This document shows positions 39,677-50,678 of a stretch of DNA of 64,000 nucleotides, piece after piece. Location of the stretch: contig JBEPZY010000001.1 of assembly GCA_041640595.1 (NCBI GenBank), forward strand, positions 736,001 to 800,000, written 5' to 3'. Source of the stretch: Gemmatales bacterium. Its GTDB lineage: Bacteria; Planctomycetota; Planctomycetia; Gemmatales; HRBIN36. The notes beneath the pieces were generated by a model that was given only the letters and a program-made list of their open reading frames with translations, did not search any database and was not told the DNA's origin. The translations under genes were made by a program, and so were the position numbers. Positions within the stretch are counted from its first letter, which is position 1. Each line of letters starts with the position of its first letter.

Positions 39677-40122
39677 GTATCGTCCCTCCTTCAACGTGTT
39701 TCTTGACCAGCACCGAGCTTAGCGCTGGCAGCCATCCCTCGATAATTTACACCCGAGCTATTGGTTTTACACTTTTGACGCTGGTTTCCGGCAGAAAGTT
39801 CCCTGATGAAAGTTTAGCTAAAGACCGGCGACGCCGGCAAGTATCACTTCGCTATTTCTCAGAATAATCCCTTGCGGCCGTCCATGCCGCGACAATTGCC
39901 TCGACCCATGCGGCGTTTGCAGCGTAGGCGTTTATGCCGTAACCGGCTAAAATTGGCAGCAAATGCCAGGTAACCGTCATGCTGCCCAGGCATTTTTTTC
40001 GGCCCTTCCCAGGCCAGCCAACCCCGGCCATCCGAATATATCCCGGCGGTAGGAAGGAACCGAAACCCGCTCCCCCGTCAAATCGCCGGGAGCTTCTAAA
40101 CCTGCCTCAGCGGAGGGCGCAG

Positions 40123-43100
40123 ATGAACCGGTCACACGAAAGCAAGGGCGGTGGATGTTCCCGTTGTCTCGGCCAGAAAATCGCCGCATCAATCGGCTTT
40201 GGCGTTCTTGGCGGTGGATGGTTACTGGTGATGGCGTGGATAAGTCTAACTGACACAGCCGGTGGGCAGGCAACCGATAAGGCTCCAGCTGCCGGAGACC
40301 TGCCGGGCATCGTCTTCGTTGCCGCTCCGGTCTTTGATGAGGCGACCGATGTGCAGGAAGGCTACGTAGGCAGTTATCACTGGCGAGACGGTTACCTCTA
40401 CCCGCGAGCGGCCACCTATCATCGCAAAGAACGCACCACCGGCCCGATGCGTCTGGGGAAAAATCTCTATCTGCTGACACCGGCCCGACCGGATGGCCAG
40501 TTACGCCAGCTGACGTTTCTGCAAACTGAAGGGGCAGTTTATAAACCGGAACCTTCCTACGACGGTCGCAAAATCCTGTTCAGCATGCGTAAAGATGGCG
40601 AAGATTGGTTCCATCTATACGAAATGGACGTGGAGAGCGGTAAGGTTCGCCAGCTGACGGATGGGCCGTTTAACGATTTCGCTGGTTGTTACCTCCCTGA
40701 TGGACGAATTGTTTTCGTCTCCGACCGCACCGGGTTTTTGGAGGAGTACCACGAAGAGCGGACGGAATGCTTGTTCGTCATGAATCCCGATGGAACGGGA
40801 ATCCACCAGATCACCTTCAACCCAGGAACCTATTTCGAGCCGTCCGTTCTGCGCGATGGACGGATTATATGTGCCTTCTGGGATGCGTTTCACCTGAACG
40901 TTCCGCCGCTCGATAAACACGAAACGGTGCTGGTTACGCTCAATCCCGATGGCACGGATGAACGGCATTATTTCGGAGCAGGGCAATATCGCTTTTTCGG
41001 ACGGGAACGGCATAGCGGTGTATCGTTTACGACACCCCGGGAAATGCCCGATGGCCGCATCCTGGTGCAATGCGAACTGGGCCCGGCGATTGTGGATATT
41101 CGAGCCGGCCAGCATCCCCGTGATGCGCTGGTGCCGATCTTTCCAGGAGCGACTTCGATCCAAATTGGCGGTACCACGCATCGCGTCCATCTATCGCCGT
41201 TGGGCACGCGGAGCACCGCCTATCCATTGCCCGACGGTCGCATTTTATATTCGGCCACGAAACCCGGCGCCCGCGACAGTGCCATCTACATAACCGACCC
41301 GTTCACGCGCGAGGAAAGGTTGATTTACGACATCCCCAATTATGCCGAGTTCGACCCCGTGCCGGTTCGGATGCCGCGACCGTTGCCGCGACGCTTACCC
41401 CAGCAGATCAAGCATCCCGAAGTGTATGCGTCGGGTCTGGGGCAGCTAGAAGAATTGCCGTCACCGAGTCGCACAGGGCCAACGCAGGAATCAGCGTCTC
41501 CGACACCGACGCCGGGCTGGTCGCGGTTTGTGGTCGTAGCAGGGCGGGAGTCGGATTTTCCCGAACGCACTGCCGCACTGAGCCGTGCTCGTTATCTGCG
41601 TGTGATGGAGGCGGAGTACACGGCAGTTACGACCAGCAGCCATACCAATCTCGAAACGCGGATTCTTGGGGTGGTGCCGATCCACGAAGACGGCTCAGCT
41701 TACTTTGAAGTGCCTGCCGATACCCCGATCTTTCTCGACGTGCTGGACGCAGCCGGCCAACGAGTGCTGCACGCCTGGCCACTTGCTAACACTTCCATCG
41801 AGCGCGGTCGGCCAGTCAGCCTGACGCAGATCGCTTACATGAGCGCTCGCAGCGGGGAAGTTCGCTCCTGCTACGGTTGCCATGCACCGCAGCAGGTGGC
41901 CGCGCCCAACGTTTCTCTCGAAGCTCTGCGACATCCTCCAGTGCGTATCGGTCGCCATGTTGCGAACCTGCAATATCGCCGCAATGAGCCGGACTATTAC
42001 CGTCGGCAAGCGATAGTCGGCAGCGGCCAAGCGGAAATGTACCGCCGCTGGTTGGACAGTCGCGATCCCTGGGTCCGAGCTCGCGGTTGCGAAATGCTGG
42101 CATATCTCGAGGATGAAGCCACCGCGGCCCTGCTGAAAATTGTCGAATTGACCCGCGATCCCGATGTGCACGTGCGACGAAACGCTGCCTGGGCCCTGTG
42201 TGTGCTGGGCAGAACCGAGCACGTACCCCTGTTACGCGAACTGGCCGAGCGCGATCGTGACGAGCTGGTGCGCTTCCATGCCCGTTCGGCATTGCAGGTA
42301 CTCGACCAGCCTGCCGACCCGGAACTCGTCATGGAAAGGCTGGGCCGACTCAGTCAGATTAGCCCCGATGACTTACAGCGAATCCGTGCGACACTGCGGC
42401 AAAGTTTACCGCCACTGTCGGCTCTACGTGCGGCCGGGCGATGCCGCGATCGCGAAGCGGTAGCGTTGCTGGTACCCTGGCTGGATCGGGCGGAAATGGA
42501 GGCTTATGCGAAAGAAGCCGCCCGGGCCTTGGGCCGAATTGGCAGTCCCGAAGCCGTGCAGGCGTTGTGGCACGCGTTGCGTCGTCACGTACCGAACAAA
42601 CGCGTTTTCAACGTGCGGTATTTCCAGCACGGTCCCCGACCGGAGGAATATGCGATTCTGGAGGGACTGGTGCTGGCCGGTGCCCGTCCTGAGCCTGAAG
42701 ACATCCCATTGCTGATCGCGCTTTTGCCCAATGCTTTCATGGAGAAGCCACGCTTTGAAGACCGGTTCCGCAGCGAAACTGCCCGCGTAGTTTGGCCAAG
42801 AGTGTTGCTTGAGCGAGGCGGTTACCGCAAGCCGATCGTGCGGATGCTTTGCCAGACCTTGCAGCACAACTCACCGGCTGAGACTACCGGGCGTCCCGAA
42901 ACCGTGTCTCAACCAAAATTCTCCGAAGCAGAGTCCCAGCAGCTTTACCAGGCGGTCTTGCAGGGGATCAACTTAGAACGGCCGTTCCAGGAGCACGGCC
43001 GACCATTCCCGGTCATTCCTGCCGTCGGGGCAGAAGAAGCATTATGGCTTTTGACCTGCCTGGCCCAACCCGGCGAGGTACCGGAAGAAATTATCGTGCC

Positions 43101-44448
43101 CTATTTGACCTCCGCATATCACCGCGAACGGATAGATGCGGCGGTGCTGTTAGCTTTACAGGGTTTTCGCTCGCCAAATCCAGACCCGAATGGTGCCGAA
43201 GCGGTTTTGCTCCGCGAAGCCAGCAAAGCGTATCCTTTCCCGGAAATCTGGAGCATCGGCAAAGGCATGCCAGACGACAACTTCCGCGATAAAGCCTACA
43301 TGGTGCAGGCTCTGGCAATGCACACGGCGAATCTGGGTGCTCTGGAACGGTTCACCGATCCTGGCTCGGCCTACCGCGACCAGCGTTACGCGCTAGCACG
43401 AGGACTGGCCCGGCGAGGCAAAACCGACGGCATTCCTTTGTTGCTGCGGCTGTGCCAGGACCCCCTGACGGTTGTGCAGCAGCAGGCCCGTTATGCTCTG
43501 GCGGACATTCGCGATCAAGCCCGGTTACGCGGTGAGCCGGTGCCCCATTTTCGAGTCGCCTGGCCAGGTGTGAAAGATACCGAAGCAACGCAGGGGCGAG
43601 CCTCACCGGAAACGCCGCCCATCTGGGTGCCCGTCAACGATACCTCCTGGGTTCAGCGTCAGTATCCCGCCAGAGTTTACTCCTGGCCAAGCACGAAGCC
43701 CGCACCGTTACCGCAACGCCTGTCCTTACCACAACCACTCACGGACTGGCAGAAGCTGCTTTTGCCGCAACACTTCCGCAATCTCAGCATTCCATTTGTA
43801 CGTGGTGCCGACAGGATGATGGTGCAACATGCCCACGAACTGGCCAGCATTGCCGAGGCGTTGCGCCAGCTGCCACCGCAGCAAACACGCGAGATGTGGC
43901 TGCGCTGGCTGGACTCTCCTTACCCGTATGCGCAATACCTGGCGCTGGAATCGCTGTCGCTACAACCCCAGCCCCAGCTGACACCATTGCTGCTGCAAAA
44001 ACTCAACGAATTTGCACAACGGGGGAACGCCGTCGGTTTCTGGTGGTGTTGTGAAGCACTGGCGGCAGTGGCGAAACAGCTGCCCGATGCGAGTAGCAAT
44101 GCTTCGGCATCGCGGGCCCAGGTAGTGCAAGCCCTGGCGAAATACGCTGGCCCGTCGCCGTCATCCTCAGCATTCTTCGGCCCGGAAGGAATGGCTCTGG
44201 GTTATCCGGCAGCCAGGGCGATCGGCCGAATTGCAGCCAGTACCGATCACGAATTGGTGAGGCGACTCTGGCAGAGCGATAATCTCTGGCTTCGCGCCGG
44301 TGTCTTACGCGGATTGGCTGAAACCAGAGCCGCAAATCTCGCCGATTGGCTCCTGGAGGCCCGGCAACCATCGCAGCCCGCATTGGTACGAATGGAAGCG
44401 GAAATCCAGATGCGTCGGCTCGGGCGAGCATCGGTACCAGCGGAGTAA
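40123..44448 (+). CDS. Secreted HzsA-like protein: TolB-like propeller, hydrazine synthase alpha middle-domain-like region, single CxxCH heme motif, HEAT repeats
   Basis: SYDGRKILFSM, QLTDGPFND...YLPDGRIVFVSDR, RILGVVPIHEDGSAYFEVPADTPIF...LD..G, GEVRSCYGCH; VRRNAA.AL and AARALGRIG HEAT-like repeats. The start is uncertain (39979 or 40123). Confidence 0.72.
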   Translation: MNRSHESKGGGCSRCLGQKIAASIGFGVLGGGWLLVMAWISLTDTAGGQATDKAPAAGDLPGIVFVAAPVFDEATDVQEGYVGSYHWRDGYLYPRAATYHRKERTTGPMRLGKNLYLLTPARPDGQLRQLTFLQTEGAVYKPEPSYDGRKILFSMRKDGEDWFHLYEMDVESGKVRQLTDGPFNDFAGCYLPDGRIVFVSDRTGFLEEYHEERTECLFVMNPDGTGIHQITFNPGTYFEPSVLRDGRIICAFWDAFHLNVPPLDKHETVLVTLNPDGTDERHYFGAGQYRFFGRERHSGVSFTTPREMPDGRILVQCELGPAIVDIRAGQHPRDALVPIFPGATSIQIGGTTHRVHLSPLGTRSTAYPLPDGRILYSATKPGARDSAIYITDPFTREERLIYDIPNYAEFDPVPVRMPRPLPRRLPQQIKHPEVYASGLGQLEELPSPSRTGPTQESASPTPTPGWSRFVVVAGRESDFPERTAALSRARYLRVMEAEYTAVTTSSHTNLETRILGVVPIHEDGSAYFEVPADTPIFLDVLDAAGQRVLHAWPLANTSIERGRPVSLTQIAYMSARSGEVRSCYGCHAPQQVAAPNVSLEALRHPPVRIGRHVANLQYRRNEPDYYRRQAIVGSGQAEMYRRWLDSRDPWVRARGCEMLAYLEDEATAALLKIVELTRDPDVHVRRNAAWALCVLGRTEHVPLLRELAERDRDELVRFHARSALQVLDQPADPELVMERLGRLSQISPDDLQRIRATLRQSLPPLSALRAAGRCRDREAVALLVPWLDRAEMEAYAKEAARALGRIGSPEAVQALWHALRRHVPNKRVFNVRYFQHGPRPEEYAILEGLVLAGARPEPEDIPLLIALLPNAFMEKPRFEDRFRSETARVVWPRVLLERGGYRKPIVRMLCQTLQHNSPAETTGRPETVSQPKFSEAESQQLYQAVLQGINLERPFQEHGRPFPVIPAVGAEEALWLLTCLAQPGEVPEEIIVPYLTSAYHRERIDAAVLLALQGFRSPNPDPNGAEAVLLREASKAYPFPEIWSIGKGMPDDNFRDKAYMVQALAMHTANLGALERFTDPGSAYRDQRYALARGLARRGKTDGIPLLLRLCQDPLTVVQQQARYALADIRDQARLRGEPVPHFRVAWPGVKDTEATQGRASPETPPIWVPVNDTSWVQRQYPARVYSWPSTKPAPLPQRLSLPQPLTDWQKLLLPQHFRNLSIPFVRGADRMMVQHAHELASIAEALRQLPPQQTREMWLRWLDSPYPYAQYLALESLSLQPQPQLTPLLLQKLNEFAQRGNAVGFWWCCEALAAVAKQLPDASSNASASRAQVVQALAKYAGPSPSSSAFFGPEGMALGYPAARAIGRIAASTDHELVRRLWQSDNLWLRAGVLRGLAETRAANLADWLLEARQPSQPALVRMEAEIQMRRLGRASVPAE

Positions 44449-44464
44449 CCGACTGGCGTTACTT

Positions 44465-45874
44465 TCAGTGCGGGGGCGGATTCTCGGTAACCTCGCGAAT
44501 GGCCCATTCGAGCGTGCTGCATAGCAAATCGAGTTCTTCCCTGGAAATCACCAGCGGCGGGAAGATGACCAGAACATGACCCAGTGGTCGTAGCAATACA
44601 CCGCGCTCCCGGGCGAGCAGGCATACCTGCGCTCCGATCTGTTGCTCATACGGGTACGCTTCGCGGGTGAGCCGGTCGCGTACCAATTCGATACCGGCAA
44701 GCAAACCTTTTTGCCGTACCTCGCCGACGTGAGGCAACTGACGAAACCGATCGCACCAGCCTGCCAGCTGGGCAATCCGTTCCGGCAATTTCTCGAGCAC
44801 ACGTTCGCGGTCGAATAATTCCAGCGTCGCCAAAGCTGCTGCTGCCGCCAGCGGATTGCCGCCGTAGGTGTGCCCGTGGAAAAACGTTCGCCGTTCCGCT
44901 ACCGTTCCGAGGAATGCCTGGTAAATCCGCTCCGTGGTCAGCGTCGCCGCCAGGGGCAGATATCCGCCGGTCAATCCTTTGGCCAGACAGAGAAAATCCG
45001 GGGCGACCTGTTCCTGTTCGCAGGCAAAGAAAGTTCCGGTTCGGCCAATGCCGACCGCTACTTCGTCGGCAATCAGGAGAACATCGTATCGGCGGGTCGC
45101 ATCGCGCACGCCGCGCAAAAAACCCTCCGGAGCTACGATCATCCCGGCAGCTCCCTGCACCAGTGGTTCGATAACGACGGCGGCGATTTCCTCATGATGC
45201 TCCCCCAGTAGCCGTTCGCAGGCTTGCAGGCAATCTATCTGACAGGTCTCACGTTTCAGCCCCAGCGGACAGCGATAACAGTACGGCTGGGGTGCCCGAT
45301 AGGTTGGGAAGAGCAACGGGCCGAACATCCTGTGGAACAAATCCACGCCGCCCACACTCACATCGCCTAAAGTATCGCCGTGATACGCTCCGCCGAAAGA
45401 GAGAAACTTCGTCTTTTTCGGTTTGGGGCCTCCCTGTTCGGCAGGGCGTTGCTGCCAGTACTGGAAAGCCATTTTGATCGCCACCTCCACTGCGGTGGCG
45501 CCGTTATCCGAAAAGAACACGCGAGTCAATGGCTCGCCCCATTGGCCAAGCGGTGCCGCTCGTTCCACCAGCTTGCGAGCCAGTCGAATGGCCGGAACAT
45601 GACTGATGCCCAGTAAGGTGCTATGGGCGACGCACTCCAGTTGCGCTTGCACTGCCTGGTCCAGTTCCCGGCGACGATGACCGAAAACGTTGCACCAGAT
45701 CGAACCGACGCCGTCCAGATAGCGCCGACCATTGATGTCAATCAACCAGCATCCCTCGGCCCGCTCGATGATGAGTGGCTCGGAGCGGGCGTATTCGGCC
45801 ATTTGTGTAAACGGATGCCAGAGGTGCGCGATATCCCACTGTCGCAGTTGTTCCTTTTGTTGTTGCGAAAGCAT
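44465..45874 (-). CDS. bioA: Adenosylmethionine-8-amino-7-oxononanoate aminotransferase
   Basis: LWHPFTQM, AVEVAIKMAFQYW, YHGDT, EPLVQGAAGM, DEVAVGIGRTG, LAKGLTGGYLP, FFHGHTYGGNP. Confidence 0.93.
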   Translation of the reverse strand: MLSQQQKEQLRQWDIAHLWHPFTQMAEYARSEPLIIERAEGCWLIDINGRRYLDGVGSIWCNVFGHRRRELDQAVQAQLECVAHSTLLGISHVPAIRLARKLVERAAPLGQWGEPLTRVFFSDNGATAVEVAIKMAFQYWQQRPAEQGGPKPKKTKFLSFGGAYHGDTLGDVSVGGVDLFHRMFGPLLFPTYRAPQPYCYRCPLGLKRETCQIDCLQACERLLGEHHEEIAAVVIEPLVQGAAGMIVAPEGFLRGVRDATRRYDVLLIADEVAVGIGRTGTFFACEQEQVAPDFLCLAKGLTGGYLPLAATLTTERIYQAFLGTVAERRTFFHGHTYGGNPLAAAAALATLELFDRERVLEKLPERIAQLAGWCDRFRQLPHVGEVRQKGLLAGIELVRDRLTREAYPYEQQIGAQVCLLARERGVLLRPLGHVLVIFPPLVISREELDLLCSTLEWAIREVTENPPPH

Positions 45875-46131
45875 CACCGGTCGTTCCTCACCACCAGGAA
45901 GATTTTGCAGCTTGCCGCGCAAATTGTAACCGCACTGGCGCCACTCGACCCGAAGGCATTTGGCGTTCTGGTGGCCTGGAACCGCGCGACGTGATAAAGT
46001 ATCGGCACCGGTCGGTGGACCCGTAGCACCGGGAGTTGGTCACGCGGACTGGCATCCGTGGTCGGGGGCGTACACCGGCCCGAAGAACCTGGCCGACGGC
46101 CTGCCCGTTGGCTTTCACCAAGGAGTAACCT

Positions 46132-46482
46132 ATGCGTCCCGCCGTGAGGGCAATCCTCATTCTCGCAGCCACGCTCGCGCTCTGCCTGCCGCTTCTGGCT
46201 CAGAAAAAGCTCTCGGAGCTTATCGTCGGTAAATGGGAGCCGGTCGAGGCGGACAAAGTCAAAGTCGTCATCGAGTTTGCTCGCGACGGCAAATTGCTGA
46301 TCAGCGCCGCCGAGAAAACGATCCGCGGCACATATCGCGTGCTTGACGACAGCAGCGTCGAGGTGACCATTGATGTCGAAGGCAAACCGCAGACCGAAAA
46401 GTTACGAGTGTCTTTTGAGCAGGATGAAATGACCACTGTGGATTCGCGGGGCAGGAAGGATACCTTCCGCCGGATAAAATGA
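46132..46482 (+). CDS. Small secreted protein, TIGR03066-like (Gemmata paralogous family)
   Basis: Signal peptide; IVGKWE, IEF..DGK, GTY and terminal F.R.K pattern; AGGAG RBS. Confidence 0.7.
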   Translation: MRPAVRAILILAATLALCLPLLAQKKLSELIVGKWEPVEADKVKVVIEFARDGKLLISAAEKTIRGTYRVLDDSSVEVTIDVEGKPQTEKLRVSFEQDEMTTVDSRGRKDTFRRIK

Positions 46483-46694
46483 CTCACGAACTCACAGCGC
46501 CGTTTGCCGACCAAACGCGATCCGACTGGCAACCCACGCGGTGAACTAATCGCTCACCCGATAACACAGTTTCAACTCGCGAAGCGGTGAACTAGCATAA
46601 CCAGTGCAATCGCCTTCGCATCGTTCAGCTTTCTCTGATAGCGGACCGCAATTGCCCCACGAGTCAGCGGTGAACTGGAAGGGGATGCCGGTAT

Positions 46695-47711
46695 ATGACC
46701 ATTCACCTGGTAACAGGTGCCACAGGCCTGCTGGGCAGCCATCTGGTGGAGCTGCTCTGTAAACGCGGCCAACGGGTGCGTGCTCTGGTGCGGCCCGGTG
46801 CCGATACGCGCTTCCTCGTCCAGCACGGAGTGGAAATAGTCTGGGGCGACCTGACCCGACCAGAGACGCTGTTACCTGCCTGTCGCGGGGTGAGTGTAGT
46901 TTATCACGCTGCGGGGAAAGTCGGGGATTGGGGCACCTGGCCGGAGTTTTACACCCACACAGTGGCCGGAACGTACAACCTGCTTCAAGCAAGTCTCGCC
47001 TGCGGTGTCGAACGGGTCATTCACATTAGCTCGACCAGTGCCTACGGTCACCCTCGAGCAAACGGTCGCCCCATCACGGAGGATTGGCCGCTCGGTCGTA
47101 CCTGCTGGGTCTGGGACTACTACACCCGCGCCAAGATTCTGGCAGAGAAGGTCGTGTGGCGAACTTATCGTCAACAGCGTTTGCCCATCACCGTGATCCG
47201 TCCCAGCTGGCTTTATGGGCCTTATGACCGCACCAGTATTGGCAGGTTGGCTCGGTCGCTGCGCTGGGGGCTGGTCTTTTTGATTGGCAACGGGTCGAAC
47301 CACATCAATTCCGTATATGCCGGGAATGTGGCTGAGGCTTGCTTACTGGCTGCGGAATCGCCACGGGCCATTGGTGAGGCTTACAACATCACCAACGATG
47401 GTCGGTTGATCACGCAGCGCGAGTATCTGGGAACGTTTGCCCAGGAGCTGGGGTATCCACCACCCTGGCGGCGCGTTCCTTACGGTGTGGCATTCGCTGC
47501 CGGTTACGCTTTGGAAGCGGCGTTTCGCTTCTGGCGGTTGCAACAACCACCGTTTGCCACGCGGTACGGCATCTGGCTGCTGGGACGCGAACTCGTTTAC
47601 AGCACCCGCAAAGCCGAGCAGCAACTGGGCTGGCGACCGAGCATTAGTTTTGAGGAGGGCGTTCGGCGCACTGTGGAATGGTACCGGCAGAAAACCGAGC
47701 AACGTCCGTAA
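46695..47711 (+). CDS. NAD-dependent epimerase/dehydratase (extended SDR, 3-beta-HSD-like)
   Basis: VTGATGLLGSH, YTRAK catalytic motif, IRPSWLYGP. Confidence 0.9.
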   Translation: MTIHLVTGATGLLGSHLVELLCKRGQRVRALVRPGADTRFLVQHGVEIVWGDLTRPETLLPACRGVSVVYHAAGKVGDWGTWPEFYTHTVAGTYNLLQASLACGVERVIHISSTSAYGHPRANGRPITEDWPLGRTCWVWDYYTRAKILAEKVVWRTYRQQRLPITVIRPSWLYGPYDRTSIGRLARSLRWGLVFLIGNGSNHINSVYAGNVAEACLLAAESPRAIGEAYNITNDGRLITQREYLGTFAQELGYPPPWRRVPYGVAFAAGYALEAAFRFWRLQQPPFATRYGIWLLGRELVYSTRKAEQQLGWRPSISFEEGVRRTVEWYRQKTEQRP

Positions 47712-47863
47712 TGCCGCGCAGGACCGTTCGGTTTCAATCCCCGAAGTTACGGAAGGGGTATGACTCGGCGTGTTTGTTCCGCGGAGACTGCCAGCTCACG
47801 ACTCGTTTTGTGTGATGCGCTGCTGGTGAACGCCTGCGGGCTTGTGGCATGTTTCCGGCAAAT

Positions 47864-48517
47864 TCATCGTCGTGGCCTGGGCAAAATGCGCACCCGCCTG
47901 CCTTCCACTCGCAATCGTCCTTCAGCAAAGAGGCGAATCGCTTCCGGATAGGCTTCGCACTCTTCCGCAAACACGCGAGCCGCCAGCGATTCGGGTGTGT
48001 CATCATCGAGCACCGGTACGACACGCTGCAAAATAATCGGCCCGTGATCGTATTCGTTATCGGCAAAGTGCACCGTACATCCGGACACCTTGCAGCCGTA
48101 GGCCAGCACTGCTTCATGCACGCGCAGACCGTAAAAGCCTTTGCCACCAAAAGCGGGGAGCAGTGCCGGATGGATGTTCATGACCCGGTTTTGAAAATCT
48201 TCGGGGATACGCACCAGGTGAAGGAATCCTGCCATGCAGACGAGGTCGGCTTGCACTTGCCGGCAGCGATCGAAAATCTGCTGGCTGAATTCCTCCACCG
48301 AGGACGCATTGCGTCGTTCAATGACTTCGGTAGGCAGGCCGGCCCGGCTTGCTTTTTCCAGACCAGGCACGTTGGCCTTGCTGGAAATCACCAGGCGAAT
48401 CTCCGCCGGCAATTTTCGAGCCGAAATGTGCTCGATCAGGTTCTGCAGCGTTGTCCCGGTGCCGCTGATCAGCACTACCAGCCGCAATGGGATATGGGGT
48501 GTTGTCATTCCTGCCAT
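47864..48517 (-). CDS. purN: Phosphoribosylglycinamide formyltransferase
   Basis: LISGTGTTLQ, AGF, NIHPALLPAFGG, SGCTVHF, YDHGPII.Q; start at 48517 or 48508. Confidence 0.95.
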   Translation of the reverse strand: MAGMTTPHIPLRLVVLISGTGTTLQNLIEHISARKLPAEIRLVISSKANVPGLEKASRAGLPTEVIERRNASSVEEFSQQIFDRCRQVQADLVCMAGFLHLVRIPEDFQNRVMNIHPALLPAFGGKGFYGLRVHEAVLAYGCKVSGCTVHFADNEYDHGPIILQRVVPVLDDDTPESLAARVFAEECEAYPEAIRLFAEGRLRVEGRRVRILPRPRR

Positions 48518-48750
48518 GCGTAACCCTGTATGACGAGAATATTCGGAGCCGTTTCGGCCAGCGTTCACTGCGTCGCCAGCGGTGGGCATCCAGGTCTGTG
48601 CTAAGCAGCGACGACTACCGCGAGCACTGGCATAGCGAGTAAGGCTACGGTATAAAAACCCCTGGAGCCGTCAAACATTCGGCGGCTGACCTTAAGTCGC
48701 CGAAAGTTGCCCAAGGGGATGGAAAACACATCGCAGCGTGGGGATTGACC

Positions 48751-50595
48751 ATGCGGGAAACCATTGCCCTCGCCCTGACCCGGCATGACTGTAGGCGGGT
48801 TGGTTTGACAGCCACGCTTTTTCTGGCTTGCCTGCCGGTTGGCATGTCGGTGGCAGCAGCTTCTCCGCAAAGCGATCCCCGCTGGCTTGCGAAACATGCC
48901 GAGGTTCTGCATCGTCAGGGGCAACACGAAGCGGGTGAATTACTACTGCAACGGCTTGGCCAGCGGTTTTCGGACGACCTATCGGTGCTGGTAACCCGTG
49001 CTCGATTAGCTGCCCGCAGGGGAGAGACTCAGTATGCCCTCGCTCTGTTGCAGGAAGGGATTCGGCTGGACAGCCGTTACGCCGAGGCCTGGATGGCACG
49101 GGCAGAAGTGCTCCGTCAACGGAACCGCATATCCGAAGCCATGCAAGACCTGGAGACGGCCTTGCGACTCAATCCGCCACCGGAACTGGCGGAGCGAATG
49201 CGTGGCTTGTTGCGGCTGATGCAGGGGCAATGGGAAACAGCCATCGTTCACCTGACGCGCTACCTGAACCAGAGCGACGGCGAAGACGCGGATGCCTTTT
49301 GCTGGCGAGGTCTGGCCTGGCTACGCTTCGGAAGACCGGAAAACGCCGAGCCCGACTTTGCCCGTGCTCTGCAATTGCATCCAAATTTGCCGGAAGTCTG
49401 GCAACTCCGTGCCCAGGCCCTGGAAAGCCAGGGTAAGCTCGAGGAAGCAGCAACCGCGTACCAGCGCTGTGTGCAGCTTGCCCCTCACGACCAGGTATCG
49501 CGGCTGGCTTACGCAAAAGTATTGCATCGCCTGCACCGTTACGCTGAGTGTCTCGCCCAGCTGGAGGCAGTAGTGCAACTGCAACCCCGCCATCGGGAAG
49601 CGCTGCAATTGTTGCTGCAAACCGCTGCAACATTACGCCGGCCGCATGTCATGCTCGCGGCCATCGAACGTCTGCTGGAAATAGAAGCCGATCCGAACCT
49701 CTGGTTCCGCAAGGCCCTGACTTTGGAAATGCTTTTCCGCGAACGGGAAGCTCTGGAAGCCTTGGCCGAATGTGAAAGATTATCTGCTGCCCAAAGTGCT
49801 CCCAACGCCCGGGGACAACTGTCGCCACTTTTCTATGCCGTTCGCGCCCGGTTGCTGATGAAGCTCGACCGCTACCAGGACGCACTGGCTGCGGTTCAAG
49901 AAGCTACTAAGCGCAGTCCCCAGTACGCTTATGCGTTCTATCTGCGTGCGGACATCCACTGGCGAATGGGCAGGACCGAAGAAGCCCTGGCCGACCTCAA
50001 TATCGCAGAACAGCTCCAGCCCGATGACGTTTACATATTCATCAAACGAGCGGAGCTTTTGCGGTCCCAGGGTAAATGGGAAGCGGCTCTGAAACAACTG
50101 GATCGAGCCGTGGCGATCAACCCGAAGGCTAACTTCGCCAGGACACAGCGGGGCGGTATGCTTTTGCTTCTGGGCAAATGGGAGGAGGCTCTTCAGCAGT
50201 TTGGCCAGGTACGGGATGATGGCGGCGAACACCTGTCCACGCTGGCTTATGCCCAGGCCATCGTCGCTGCCTTGCAGGGAAACTGGGAACAAGCCGAACG
50301 CATCGCCGAAGAACATCTCGCCGGTTTTCCTACGGATGCGTTGAGCAGTTATAACATGGCCTGTGCCTGGGCCATTTTCGCTCAACTGCGCATCCAGAAA
50401 TTCGGAATACCGCCGCACGATCCACAAACGCAGCTTTACCAGCGCCGGGCACTGGATTTGCTCGAAAAGACGTTCGCGTTGGGCTACAAAGACCGCTGGC
50501 ACACTCGATACGATCCGGATTTGTTCGTGTTGCACCGGGAACCGGCGTTCTGGCGATTGGCCGGTGAAACCGCTCCGCCTCTCACGAAACCTTAA
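48751..50595 (+). CDS. Secreted tetratricopeptide repeat protein
   Basis: Signal peptide, many TPR units, and a C-terminal YNMACA...AL..L......GY.D......DPDL cap. Confidence 0.85.
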   Translation: MRETIALALTRHDCRRVGLTATLFLACLPVGMSVAAASPQSDPRWLAKHAEVLHRQGQHEAGELLLQRLGQRFSDDLSVLVTRARLAARRGETQYALALLQEGIRLDSRYAEAWMARAEVLRQRNRISEAMQDLETALRLNPPPELAERMRGLLRLMQGQWETAIVHLTRYLNQSDGEDADAFCWRGLAWLRFGRPENAEPDFARALQLHPNLPEVWQLRAQALESQGKLEEAATAYQRCVQLAPHDQVSRLAYAKVLHRLHRYAECLAQLEAVVQLQPRHREALQLLLQTAATLRRPHVMLAAIERLLEIEADPNLWFRKALTLEMLFREREALEALAECERLSAAQSAPNARGQLSPLFYAVRARLLMKLDRYQDALAAVQEATKRSPQYAYAFYLRADIHWRMGRTEEALADLNIAEQLQPDDVYIFIKRAELLRSQGKWEAALKQLDRAVAINPKANFARTQRGGMLLLLGKWEEALQQFGQVRDDGGEHLSTLAYAQAIVAALQGNWEQAERIAEEHLAGFPTDALSSYNMACAWAIFAQLRIQKFGIPPHDPQTQLYQRRALDLLEKTFALGYKDRWHTRYDPDLFVLHREPAFWRLAGETAPPLTKP

Positions 50596-50678
50596 TTCAG
50601 CCGTTGGTATCATGACTTGGTGAACCGGCACACTGGGGTGTCGGTTCCATGTGTTGCTGCTATCTGGAGGGATTGACC

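Noticed and set aside
40123..44448. Anammox hydrazine synthase
   Set aside because: Only one CxxCH, a HEAT fusion, and no hzsB/hzsC or other anammox genes nearby.
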